Assembly: GCA_965115825.1 (NCBI GenBank)
Contig: OZ220464.1
Span: forward strand, 1,221,306 to 1,285,305
Origin: Dehalococcoidia bacterium
GTDB taxonomy: Bacteria > Chloroflexota > Dehalococcoidia > Lucifugimonadales > UBA3495
DNA: 64,000 bases
Direction: 5' to 3'
The notes beneath the pieces were generated by a model. That model searched no databases. It saw only the letters and a program-made list of their open reading frames with translations, and was not told the DNA's origin. Made by a program: the position numbers and the translations under genes. Shown in pieces: positions 51,491-60,473 of the stretch; within the stretch, counting starts at the first letter, position 1; each line of letters begins with the position of its first letter.

Positions 51491-53752
51491 ATGATAGACA
51501 TAGGCAACATTACAATGAAGCTAACTGAACGCGATGCACTGCGTGATGGCGATACGATAAAACACGACGTAGTTGAACGCATCCAACCTAAGTACGCCGA
51601 GGCTTGGCCGCCACAACTGGATTCTCACGTAAGAGACGCTCTGGTATCAGCAGGTATACCCAGACCCTATCGGCATCAGGCTGATGCCATCGCTCGGTCA
51701 TTGGACGGTGTGGATGTCACTATGGAATCTCCCACCGCTAGTGGTAAAACGCTCGCGTTCACCGCTCCGATGCTGCACTCATTGGTGCGTAACGAGGGCA
51801 CTCATGCGCTGATGATTTACCCGATGAAAGCATTGGCCTTCGATCAAAGAGAGCAAATCCGGCAAATCTGTGAACCGCTGTCTGTAGAATCTTGGCCGTA
51901 TGATGGCGATACTCCGGACGACATCAAGAGAATGTTGAGGGACAACCCACCTCATATTTTACTGACCAACCCCGAATACCTGAATATGTCCTTTTTGGCT
52001 TGGGCTGACCTTTGGGAGAATTTCCTGCGCAATCTGCGGTATGTGGTCATTGACGAAATGCACGAGTACCGCGGGTTTTTCGGCGGCAATATGGCACTGC
52101 TGTTGCGTCGGTTCTTTTTACACCTGAACCGAATAGGAGCTACGCCTCGCATTTTCTTGTCAACTGCTACCTGCGCGAATCCAGCGGAACACGCTAAGAA
52201 TCTCACGGGCCGAGACGTAGAGGTAATCTCTGCCCGAGACGTCCTGCGTCCCAAACGGCATTTCATGTTCGTGAAGCCGGACATTCCCGACTTTCGCTAC
52301 CGGGATATTCTGCAACTGCGAGTGGAACAGGCTGCGCTGACCATGCTTTCCGAAGGACTACAGACGCTGATATTCTGCCCTTCCAAGCGATTCCTGGAAG
52401 ATGCTTTCCGTAACTGTCAACGTAAAGCGACAGAACTCGACTTGGAGCGGGAGCATATTTCAGCTTTCCACGCCGACCTGAATAACGACCAGAGACAAGA
52501 TATACAAAAGAAAATCAAGGAGAACGACGTCCGAGTGATATTTACTACCAACGCATTAGAACTCGGCCTCGACATCGGCGGGCTGGACGGCGTGATATTG
52601 GCCGGATTCCCCGCTAGTATCATGTCCGCATGGCAACAAATTGGTCGTGCCGGGCGAGGGTGGGACAAGGACGCCTTCGTCTTGTTCTATTCTATGAACG
52701 ACCCGATTGACCTCTTCTTTGTTGGCAATCTGGACGCTTTCCTGTACAAGCCATTTGACGAACTGGTCATCGATCCGTCCAATGAAGAGCTAATTGACAA
52801 CCATTTGGCTCCCCTTGCTGCCGAAACGGGAGGAGAAGTTAATCCATCCGAAGAGACGATACTGGGTACTGCGTTTTACCAAGCAGCACGAAAAGATGCT
52901 GGCAAAGTGCCTCGCGGCTACCGGCCTCATCACCGGCTTAATATGCGCGGCGGTATTGGCAAGTCATTCAAGCTAAAGCACGGCAACGAGGAAATAGGGC
53001 AAATTTCGGCCCTACGGCGTTTTCGAGAAGCCTACATTGGTGCAATTTTCACTTTCTTCGGCCACCGATACCGCGTGCATTCCCTCGAAGAAGACGCTGT
53101 TGTACTAGCCGAGGCCGAACCAAACCTGCGGACTGATGCCGGATTCTACACGGTCATGACTCGAAGAGAGATTTTCCAAGGTTATGGCTACGGTGAAGGT
53201 GAAGTCGGAGTGTATTACGGGGCATCCGACGTGATAATGAACTTCACCGGCTATAAGCTAGTCGATGAAAACACCAACGAAGAAAGAGGATCAGGTGGAA
53301 ACCCCGACGCGCAATCGCAGAACAATCTCCATACTTTCTGGCTCAGCGTCCCAAGGAGTGAAGAGGCCATAGCAGGGATCGGCGCCCTTGAGCATATGCT
53401 TCGAGTAGGCGCGATGTTCGTAATCCCCGCCGACCGCTTTGACACCAGCACGTACTCGAAGCCAAATGATGAGCCAACCGCTTGTTATTACGAGAATTAC
53501 TCCGGCGGTATAGGCGTCGCCAAGAAGCTGTTTGATGTGTGGCAAACCGCCCTAGCGAAAGGGATCGAAATTGCCGAGAATTGCGATTGCCGATTGGGAT
53601 GCCAGAACTGCATCGAGCCGGCGAAATCATACAACATCAGCAATTCCGATATTGACAAGGTACATGGCATTAAACTTGCGAAGGAGATCCTGGACATTGT
53701 GAAGACCAATCCTAGCACGAAATTCCGCAACGGACGAATGGTTGCAATATGA
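51491..53752 (+). CDS. DExH-box helicase with C-terminal DUF1998/MrfA-type zinc domain (YprA/MrfA-like)
   Basis: 753 aa with motif I ESPTASGKT, motif II VIDEMHEY, motif VI QQIGRAGRG, and C-terminal CDCRLGCQNC. AAGGGAGG lies upstream. The gene is AT-rich. Confidence 0.85.
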   Translation: MIDIGNITMKLTERDALRDGDTIKHDVVERIQPKYAEAWPPQLDSHVRDALVSAGIPRPYRHQADAIARSLDGVDVTMESPTASGKTLAFTAPMLHSLVRNEGTHALMIYPMKALAFDQREQIRQICEPLSVESWPYDGDTPDDIKRMLRDNPPHILLTNPEYLNMSFLAWADLWENFLRNLRYVVIDEMHEYRGFFGGNMALLLRRFFLHLNRIGATPRIFLSTATCANPAEHAKNLTGRDVEVISARDVLRPKRHFMFVKPDIPDFRYRDILQLRVEQAALTMLSEGLQTLIFCPSKRFLEDAFRNCQRKATELDLEREHISAFHADLNNDQRQDIQKKIKENDVRVIFTTNALELGLDIGGLDGVILAGFPASIMSAWQQIGRAGRGWDKDAFVLFYSMNDPIDLFFVGNLDAFLYKPFDELVIDPSNEELIDNHLAPLAAETGGEVNPSEETILGTAFYQAARKDAGKVPRGYRPHHRLNMRGGIGKSFKLKHGNEEIGQISALRRFREAYIGAIFTFFGHRYRVHSLEEDAVVLAEAEPNLRTDAGFYTVMTRREIFQGYGYGEGEVGVYYGASDVIMNFTGYKLVDENTNEERGSGGNPDAQSQNNLHTFWLSVPRSEEAIAGIGALEHMLRVGAMFVIPADRFDTSTYSKPNDEPTACYYENYSGGIGVAKKLFDVWQTALAKGIEIAENCDCRLGCQNCIEPAKSYNISNSDIDKVHGIKLAKEILDIVKTNPSTKFRNGRMVAI

Positions 53753-53768
53753 TGCATAGGTGGAATAT

Positions 53769-54560
53769 CTAGGCGTTCTCTCGCAGCCGGCGCAGTTCTT
53801 CCCGCAGCCGTTCGTTTTCCATCTCGACGGCTAGTCGGGCTACTTCGGCGGCGTCTCGCTGCCGCTCGGCTATTGCCGCCTGTTCCTCGGCGGCCCGGCG
53901 GGCGTGCCATACTTCGCGCCAGCCTTCATCGTAGGCGCCGCCGGCCGGGTCGTACAGCAGAGGCCAGCCGTCATCCCAACACAGGCTCAACCCCAGCACA
54001 GGGCTGTATCCTTTCAGTATGCCGTCAGGCTCCGTTGTCAATTCCACCGGCCGGTACACGCCGTTGGTCAGCAGCTCCCCGGCCAGCGGCGCGCCGTGGT
54101 TCGCGCCCCCGGTAGGGTCAAATCGCCAGTACTCCGCTATGCCTATGGCGGCGTAAATCTGCGGCTTGCGGTTGACATCCACCGCCGCAGTGCTTGCCGA
54201 AGCCACTTCCAGCGCAAAGTCCGGCGGTTTGCCTACTTCCCAGGGCAGGTACAGCTTGCGCGGACGGATGGCCGCTGCATCCACTCCGAAAGCCAGGTAA
54301 ATATCCGGCGACACCCGCACGTTCAAGTTGCTTGGGTCGTAGCAGATGTAGGTCTCATTGTCCAGAAACACGTCAGGACGCTGATTGAAGTCCGTGAAGC
54401 GGGCCCGGAAAATGCCGAGCAGTTCCGCTATTTCCAGGTTTTGGTCCATAGCGTCCTCGGTGCGGCGCTTCTCGTCGGGGTTGAACTCCAGGCTGGCGTA
54501 GTCGATTTCGCCTTGCCGACGATAGGGCAGCATCTTGAACGCGGGTTTGGCAGTAGTCAT
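53769..54560 (-). CDS. Uma2-family endonuclease with C-terminal coiled-coil tail, tandem copy 1
   Basis: Internal ATG 54560 (GGAGG upstream) gives MTTAKPAFKML... Carries SPDIYLAF...PPDFALEVAS...IAEYWRFDP. The tail is RAAEEQAAIAERQRDAAEVARLAVEMENERLREELRRLR. Confidence 0.85.
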   Translation of the reverse strand: MTTAKPAFKMLPYRRQGEIDYASLEFNPDEKRRTEDAMDQNLEIAELLGIFRARFTDFNQRPDVFLDNETYICYDPSNLNVRVSPDIYLAFGVDAAAIRPRKLYLPWEVGKPPDFALEVASASTAAVDVNRKPQIYAAIGIAEYWRFDPTGGANHGAPLAGELLTNGVYRPVELTTEPDGILKGYSPVLGLSLCWDDGWPLLYDPAGGAYDEGWREVWHARRAAEEQAAIAERQRDAAEVARLAVEMENERLREELRRLRENA

Positions 54561-54628
54561 TTCGGGCCTCCGGATAAGCGGCGCGATACGCTGTAATCGC
54601 CTGTCTCCGTAAGAGACCTGATGGCGGG

Positions 54629-55420
54629 TTATTCCCCGGCCCGCAGCCGGCGTAGTTCTTCCCGCAACCGTTCGTTTTCCATCTCGACGGCGAGGCGGGC
54701 TACTTCGGCGGCGTCTCGCTGCCGCTCGGCTATTGCCGCCTGTTCCTCGGCGGCCCGGCGGGCGTGCCACACTTCGCGCCAGCCTTCATCGTAGGCGCCG
54801 GCGGCCGGGTCGTACAGGCGCGGCCAGCCGTCATCCCAACAGATGCTTACCTGCAAAACCGGGCTGTATGCTTTCAGGATACCGTCGGGTTCGCGCGTCA
54901 GCGGCAGGGAGCGATAGGCGCCGCCTACAAGCTGTCCGCCCCATAACTCCTGCCCGTAGTATCGTCCGCCGCTGGGGTCGAAGAGCCAGAACTCGGGGAC
55001 GCCGATGGCTGCGTAGATAAGGGGCTTCCGGTCGGCGTCCACCCTGGCAGTGCTTTGGGATGCGATTTCCATGGCGAAGTCCGGCGGTTTGCCCACCTCC
55101 CAGGGTAGGTATATCCGCCGCGGACGTATGGCCGTTGCGTCCACACCAAAGGCCAGGTACACATCGGGAGCGATGCGGATGTTCAGGTTGTCCGGGTCAT
55201 AGCAGATGAACGAGTCGTCATCAAGGAACACGTCGGGCCGGGTGTCGAATTCGGTGAATCGGGCGGCCAGCAGGCCGGTAATTTCCCGTATTTCGCGGTT
55301 CTGTTCCATTCGGTCCGGCGGCTTCTCCGTAATATCAGGGGCAAACTCCAGGCTGGCGTAGTCGATTTCGCCTTGCCGACGATAGGGCAGCATCTTGAAC
55401 GCGGGTTTGGCGGTAGTCAT
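54629..55420 (-). CDS. Uma2-family endonuclease with C-terminal coiled-coil tail, tandem copy 2
   Basis: Internal ATG 55420, same N-terminus and tail as copy 1. Carries APDVYLAF...PPDFAMEIAS...VPEFWLFDP. Confidence 0.85.
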   Translation of the reverse strand: MTTAKPAFKMLPYRRQGEIDYASLEFAPDITEKPPDRMEQNREIREITGLLAARFTEFDTRPDVFLDDDSFICYDPDNLNIRIAPDVYLAFGVDATAIRPRRIYLPWEVGKPPDFAMEIASQSTARVDADRKPLIYAAIGVPEFWLFDPSGGRYYGQELWGGQLVGGAYRSLPLTREPDGILKAYSPVLQVSICWDDGWPRLYDPAAGAYDEGWREVWHARRAAEEQAAIAERQRDAAEVARLAVEMENERLREELRRLRAGE

Positions 55421-55554
55421 TTCGGGCCTCCGTACCGTGATTGTATCATCGTCATTCGGAATTTCGGAGTTCGGAATGACACCGGCGGCGCAACCCGCTA
55501 TAATTGCGCAATCTGCCAGGCATGGCACAACCCTTTGCGTGAGGCAGCGTCGCT

Positions 55555-56757
55555 ATGGAGTTTGCATTTACACTGGAACAGGAAGCCCTGCGCTCCGAAG
55601 TTCAGCAGTTCATCGTCGAACACGTAACCCCCGAAATCGTCGCCGAGCTGGAAAGCACCGGCATCCGCCGCCGCGGGCCCAAGACCCGCGAGATGTACCG
55701 GCAAATCGCCCAACGGGGCTGGATTGGCATTTCCTGGCCCAAAGAGTACGGCGGGCAGGGCGGCAGCCGCATCGACCAGTACATTGTTGAAGAGGAGTTC
55801 GCCCGCGCCGGCATCACCGTAGGCGGCGCCGGCTCCGGCGCGCCGGCGATTCTAGCCGCCGGCACCGAGGAGCAGAAGCGCGAGTTTCTGCCCGGCATCA
55901 TCCGCGGTGAAATTTCCTTTGCCTTGGGCTTTACCGAACCTCAGGCCGGCGCCGACCTGGCCGGCTTGCAGTGCCGCGCCGTCCGCGACGGCGACGAGTA
56001 CGTCATCAACGGCCAGAAGATGTACACCACCGCCGCCCACTATGCTACGCACATCTATTTGATGGCGCGAACCGACCCTGAGGCTCCCCGGCACCGGGGC
56101 ATCAGCATCTTTCTAATTCCCATGGACACGCCGGGCATCACCGTGCGGCCTTTGTGGACTATTCAGAATGACCCGCCGGCGCCGCTGGGCACTACTTACG
56201 GCGACAACCGCACCAACGAGACCTTCTTTGAAAACGTGCGGGTTCCCGCCAGCTGTATGCTCGGCGAGGAAAACCAGGGCTGGTACGTGGGAGCCATGGG
56301 TCTGAACCTGGACCGCGTGGGGGCGTCCCGCTACCTTATCTCGATACAGCGCGATGAGGACATTGTGAACTGGGTCAAGGAAAACGACATTGAAGGCTAC
56401 GCCATGCGGGAAGACCCCACCGTCCGCGACCGCCTGGCCGATATGTGGATTGAGGGCCAGGTTTGCCGCCTGATGACCATGCGCAGTATGTCCATTGTTG
56501 AGCAAGACGGAACGTTCACCTATGAAGGTTCCGCCGAGAAGGTCTTTGCCCCGGAGCATGGCGTGCGCACCACCGAGACCATCGCCCAGATGCTTGGCCC
56601 CTACGGGCAGCTGCTCAACGGTTCGGAAGACGCCATTGCGAGCGGCGTGTTCGCCCACAACCTGATGGGCGCATTCCAGAGCGGCATCAACCACGGCAGC
56701 GTCCAGGTGATGCGCGACCAGGTAGCCCGTCGCGGCCTGGGAATGCCGCGGGTTTAG
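55555..56757 (+). CDS. acyl-CoA dehydrogenase
   Basis: 400 aa with typical ACAD blocks (GFTEPQAGADL, YTTAAHYATH, FQSGINHGS-like C-terminus). Confidence 0.9.
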   Translation: MEFAFTLEQEALRSEVQQFIVEHVTPEIVAELESTGIRRRGPKTREMYRQIAQRGWIGISWPKEYGGQGGSRIDQYIVEEEFARAGITVGGAGSGAPAILAAGTEEQKREFLPGIIRGEISFALGFTEPQAGADLAGLQCRAVRDGDEYVINGQKMYTTAAHYATHIYLMARTDPEAPRHRGISIFLIPMDTPGITVRPLWTIQNDPPAPLGTTYGDNRTNETFFENVRVPASCMLGEENQGWYVGAMGLNLDRVGASRYLISIQRDEDIVNWVKENDIEGYAMREDPTVRDRLADMWIEGQVCRLMTMRSMSIVEQDGTFTYEGSAEKVFAPEHGVRTTETIAQMLGPYGQLLNGSEDAIASGVFAHNLMGAFQSGINHGSVQVMRDQVARRGLGMPRV

Positions 56758-56821
56758 TCCGGTCGCAACGCTGCTGCCGCGCTTGCCCTTCACTTCCAAC
56801 GCACATACCTGTTGAGGCACG

Positions 56822-57997
56822 ATGAACGTACTACCCGCAGAAGAAGAACTGATGGTGAAGAACGCCGCCCGGGAATTCCTGGACGTGGAGTCTCCCCCCA
56901 GCCTGGCCCGCGCCATTGAGCAGGACGAGCGCGGCTACTCCGTGGAGCTGTGGGAGAAAATGGCATCTCTGGGATGGTTCGGCATCTCACTGCCCGAAGC
57001 CTACGGCGGCGGCGGGTTGCCCGTCACTTATCTGGGCCTGATACTGGAAGAGTGCGGCCGAGCCATCGCTCCCGTGCCTTTCCACAGTACCGCTACCGCC
57101 GCCCTGGCCATAGCCAACCATGGTTCCGACGGGCAGAAGCAGGCCATACTGCCCCGCGTGGCGCGCGGCGACCTGATTATGACCTGGGCGGCGCAGGAGC
57201 AAGACCCCCGCCTGCGCGCCGACGCCATCCAGTGCCGCGGCGAGGTTGACGGGGACAGCTTGGTCATCAGCGGCGTCAAGCACTTCGTAGATAACTTCTC
57301 CGCCGCCGAGCTGATGGTCATGGCCGTCCGCACCGCCGCCCCCAGCGACCACGGCGACGGCGTAACCCTGGCCATCGTTCCCACCAACGCCGCCGGCATC
57401 ACTGAAACCCGGTTGACCACACTGGCCAAAGACTCCCAGAGCAAGCTCAACCTGGACGGCGTCCGCATCCCTTTGAGCAACGTCATCGGCGAAGTCGGCC
57501 GGGGCTGGACGGCAACGTCTCAAATGCTGGACACCGGCACGGCTTTGCTCTGCGCCCAGATTATCGGCGCCGCCCGCAAGGACGCCGAGATGGCAATTGA
57601 CTACGCGAAGAACCGCGTCGCCTTTGGCCGTCCCATCGCCGGCTTCCAGTCCATCCAGCACCTGTGCGCCGATATGATTGTCTGGGTGGACGGCGCGCAG
57701 TTGCTCACTTACGAAGCGCTCTGGAAGCTGGACGCCGGCCTGCCCTACGGCGTGGAAGTATCCCAGGCCAAAGCCTTCACCAACGACAAGTGTCAGGCCA
57801 CGGTGCGGTCGTCGCAGCAGATTCACGGCGGCATCGGTTTTATGATGGAGTTTGACCTCCATCTCTGGTATCGCCGGGTCACTGCCTGGACGATGCGCCT
57901 GGGCACCAGTTTTGAGCACCGGGCTCGCGTTGCCCGCGCTTTGCTGGACCAGCCCGGCAAGGTTCGCCTAGGCATGAACATCGCAGCCCCGGCCTGA
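56822..57997 (+). CDS. acyl-CoA dehydrogenase
   Basis: 391 aa with the ACAD fold pattern (RVAFGRPIAGFQSIQH, IHGGIGF). Confidence 0.9.
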   Translation: MNVLPAEEELMVKNAAREFLDVESPPSLARAIEQDERGYSVELWEKMASLGWFGISLPEAYGGGGLPVTYLGLILEECGRAIAPVPFHSTATAALAIANHGSDGQKQAILPRVARGDLIMTWAAQEQDPRLRADAIQCRGEVDGDSLVISGVKHFVDNFSAAELMVMAVRTAAPSDHGDGVTLAIVPTNAAGITETRLTTLAKDSQSKLNLDGVRIPLSNVIGEVGRGWTATSQMLDTGTALLCAQIIGAARKDAEMAIDYAKNRVAFGRPIAGFQSIQHLCADMIVWVDGAQLLTYEALWKLDAGLPYGVEVSQAKAFTNDKCQATVRSSQQIHGGIGFMMEFDLHLWYRRVTAWTMRLGTSFEHRARVARALLDQPGKVRLGMNIAAPA

Positions 57998-58043
57998 CCT
58001 CCGCGCAGCACAGCCGCCAATCAAAGAGAACAGGAGCCTTACA

Positions 58044-58244
58044 ATGCCCGCCTGTCCCGTCTGCAAAACCGAAATCAATGAAAACAGCGCCCGCGCCACC
58101 ACCGGCCAGACTATGCACGGCGCCAACGAGGTTGACCCCAACGCCGGCACCCGCAGCTTCTATAACGGCGAATGGTACTATTTCTGCACCTTACAGTGCC
58201 GCACCAGGTTTCTGACCACCCCCAACACCTACATCGCAAGCTAA
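58044..58244 (+). CDS. YHS/TRASH-domain small metal-binding protein
   Basis: 66 aa with CPVC at the N-terminus and YNGEWYYFCTLQCRTRF. Confidence 0.65.
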   Translation: MPACPVCKTEINENSARATTGQTMHGANEVDPNAGTRSFYNGEWYYFCTLQCRTRFLTTPNTYIAS

Positions 58245-58295
58245 CTTTGGGTCGCGGTTCCCGCGCCGGCGGGAACTCAATTGAGGAGGACGATT

Positions 58296-59381
58296 ATGCA
58301 GCACATCGGCCTGGTAATGGAATGCGACTACCGCGAAGGCCGCACCCAGGATGAAGCTTTTGCGGAAGCCTTCGCTACTGCTCGTCTGGCCGACGAAACC
58401 GGCATCGACGGCGTTTGGCTGGCCGAGCGGCACTTCGCCGCGCCACGCACGCCCACCGATCCCGGCGGAGCCGGCATCCCGTCCGTTTCGTCGGTTCCGC
58501 TGCTGATGGCCGGCATCATCGCCGCCCGCACCGAGCGCGTCCGCGTGGGAACCGGCGTCAGCGTCCTGCCGTTGTCCCATCCCATCCGACTGGCCGAAGA
58601 AGCCGCCACCGTGGACAACATCTCCCAGGGGCGCCTGGACTTCGGCATTGGACGCAGCAGCTTTCCCCGTTCCTACCAGGGCTACGACGTGCCTTATGAC
58701 GAAAGTCGGGAGCTCTTTTCCGAAGCCCTGGAGATCATCCTCAAAGCCTGGAACAACTATCGCTTTGACCATCACGGCCATTATTACAATATGGATGACG
58801 TGGTGGTTACGCCGCGCCCCTACCAGCAGCCGCACCCGCCCATCCGTATCGCCGCCAACTCTATTGACACCTTCGGCATCGTAGGGCAGCTGGGCTTTCC
58901 ACTGGTCACCGGGGTGCGCGGCCAGGGCCTGGCGCAAGTCGCAAACAACCTGAAACTCTACCGCGCCGCCGTCTCCGAAAACGGCCACGACGTGGATGAC
59001 GTGTACGTGCGAATGCCTATCTACGTGGCGGAGTCCATGGCGCAGGTTCGCGCCGACACTGAGGAAAGCACTATGCGCGCCTTCCATCGCACCGCCGATA
59101 CCTACATCAGGACCGTGCAGGCCGAGGGCGAAAACGCATCGGCGGAACGCCGTCAGCGGGCCGAGCAGTTGCTCAACACCACCTACGACGACCTGCTGGT
59201 GGACCGGGTAGCCTACGGCTCGCCACCGGAGGTCGCCCAGCGGCTGACGGAAATCCGCGACGAGCTTGGCCTCACCGGCGTGATAATGGAGCCGAACCTG
59301 GGCGGCACAGTGCCGGCGGAACGGGTTCAGAACTCCATCCGCCTCTACGCCGAAGAGGTAGCGCCGGCGCTACGGGGGTAA
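58296..59381 (+). CDS. LLM-class flavin/F420-dependent oxidoreductase
   Basis: The ATG follows GAGGAGG. Carries GIDGVWLAERHF, GTGVSVLPLSHP and GRLDFGIGR blocks. Confidence 0.85.
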   Translation: MQHIGLVMECDYREGRTQDEAFAEAFATARLADETGIDGVWLAERHFAAPRTPTDPGGAGIPSVSSVPLLMAGIIAARTERVRVGTGVSVLPLSHPIRLAEEAATVDNISQGRLDFGIGRSSFPRSYQGYDVPYDESRELFSEALEIILKAWNNYRFDHHGHYYNMDDVVVTPRPYQQPHPPIRIAANSIDTFGIVGQLGFPLVTGVRGQGLAQVANNLKLYRAAVSENGHDVDDVYVRMPIYVAESMAQVRADTEESTMRAFHRTADTYIRTVQAEGENASAERRQRAEQLLNTTYDDLLVDRVAYGSPPEVAQRLTEIRDELGLTGVIMEPNLGGTVPAERVQNSIRLYAEEVAPALRG

Positions 59382-59434
59382 AGCAACCGAAGGGATAGGA
59401 GATGGGCCTCATCTTCGGGTGGGGCCTTACGCTT

Positions 59435-60088
59435 TCAGGCCGGCCATGGAATGCGGCGCTTTTTGTCGACTACATCCAACAGCTTTTTGCTTGGATTGGC
59501 GGGGGCCATCAGATAAACCTGTACGCCCTTATTCTGTATCTCTTTGATAATGCCGGCAAAGTCGCCGTCCTTGGTCATGAGCACCACGGCCTTTCTTTTA
59601 GCGTCGGATTGGCAATAATCTCTGATAGCCTTCGTGATGTCCACGTCTCGATTCCCGATACCTTCGTCAACGCTCCATTGATTAGACTCGAAGATGTCCA
59701 AGTTCGCTCCTGAGCTGACAAAGGCGCGAAACCGACGCCTCTTTGCATTCGGAAAGCGATCCTCCACTTCCTTGCGCAGTGACTTGTTGAATGCGGCGAA
59801 CTTTATTTTTGACACACCATTGTTTTGGACATCGAAGAAAATAGCCACCTGTTCCCTGGTTGCTTTCTTGAAGAAGTTCACCGAGGCGCCGTTTTCTATT
59901 GCAATGGAGTGAATCGCCGCCAGAGATTCAGCATCGGGTTTGGTCGCTCCCTTCTCCCATCGTGAGAGTGTGTTGGCCGGTACGCCCAGCAGCTCGGCCA
60001 TCTTGGTTTGCTTCATTTTCAGACGAGTCCGCAACACGACAATGCTGCCGAAGTCGAACTCGTAACGTCCAGGCTTGACTGGCGCCAT
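59435..60088 (-). CDS. XRE-type HTH domain fused to a NYN/LabA-like (PIN-related) nuclease domain
   Basis: 217 aa. The HTH reads MKQTKMAELLGVPANTLSRWEKG. The NYN-like part reads VAIFFDVQN...NRDVDITKAIRDY...VVLMTKDGDFAGIIKEIQNKGVQVYLMA. GGAGGGA lies upstream. AT-richer than the flanks. Confidence 0.75.
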   Translation of the reverse strand: MAPVKPGRYEFDFGSIVVLRTRLKMKQTKMAELLGVPANTLSRWEKGATKPDAESLAAIHSIAIENGASVNFFKKATREQVAIFFDVQNNGVSKIKFAAFNKSLRKEVEDRFPNAKRRRFRAFVSSGANLDIFESNQWSVDEGIGNRDVDITKAIRDYCQSDAKRKAVVLMTKDGDFAGIIKEIQNKGVQVYLMAPANPSKKLLDVVDKKRRIPWPA

Positions 60089-60169
60089 GGTTAGCTTCCC
60101 TCCGTCAGGGTGCCTAAATTGCCGTTCAGTCCGATTGCAGACGATGCCCGGTTGCGGCGGGGGTGTGTT

Positions 60170-60307
60170 TTACTTCCTTGGCGGGTTATTGCCCCGGCCT
60201 CCGCCGGAAGGCCTCCCGGTAGTGCTGGGCGCGTTGCCCGGCCGTCCTTTACTCCCTCCTTTTCCTCCACCGCCGCCCCGCTTCGCACGCATTGCTAGTC
60301 TCTCCAT
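60170..60307 (-). CDS. candidate 45-aa Gly/Arg/Lys-rich micro-protein
   Basis: MERLAMRAKRGGGGGKGGSKGRPGNAPSTTGRPSGGGRGNNPPRK. GAAGGAGG lies 7 nt upstream of the ATG. It ends 81 nt before the HTH-NYN start on the same strand. The low-complexity sequence makes coding status uncertain. Confidence 0.3.
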   Translation of the reverse strand: MERLAMRAKRGGGGGKGGSKGRPGNAPSTTGRPSGGGRGNNPPRK

Positions 60308-60391
60308 GGCGTCGCCTCCTTCGTGAGTTTGTGCCGCTTTTTGAGCCGTTGTTACGCCGCAACTGGGCACTGCCTGCAATCGGTAGCGCCC

Positions 60392-60423
60392 AGTTTATCC
60401 CAGTTCTGTTGATTTGTCAACAG
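60392..60423 (-). promoter_or_regulatory. sigma70-type promoter with its -35 box embedded in an 18-bp palindrome (operator candidate)
   Basis: The minus strand reads CTGTTGACAAATCAACAG (60423-60406), a perfect 7-bp inverted repeat with a 4-nt spacer. TTGACA (60420-15), 17-nt spacer, TAAACT (60397-92). It lies about 85 nt upstream of the micro-ORF ATG. Confidence 0.45.
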
Positions 60424-60473
60424 ATGCGCGGATTTCAAAGCCAAGTCACCCGTAGCATCCTCATGACGTTGAC

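Noticed and set aside
53769-55528. N-terminal extensions of the two Uma2 track ORFs (MARPPGRRGTGG..., MPCLADCAII...)
   Set aside because: The extensions run into the neighbouring gene's 3' end in another frame. Both genes have an internal ATG with a GGAGG RBS that gives identical MTTAKPAF N-termini.
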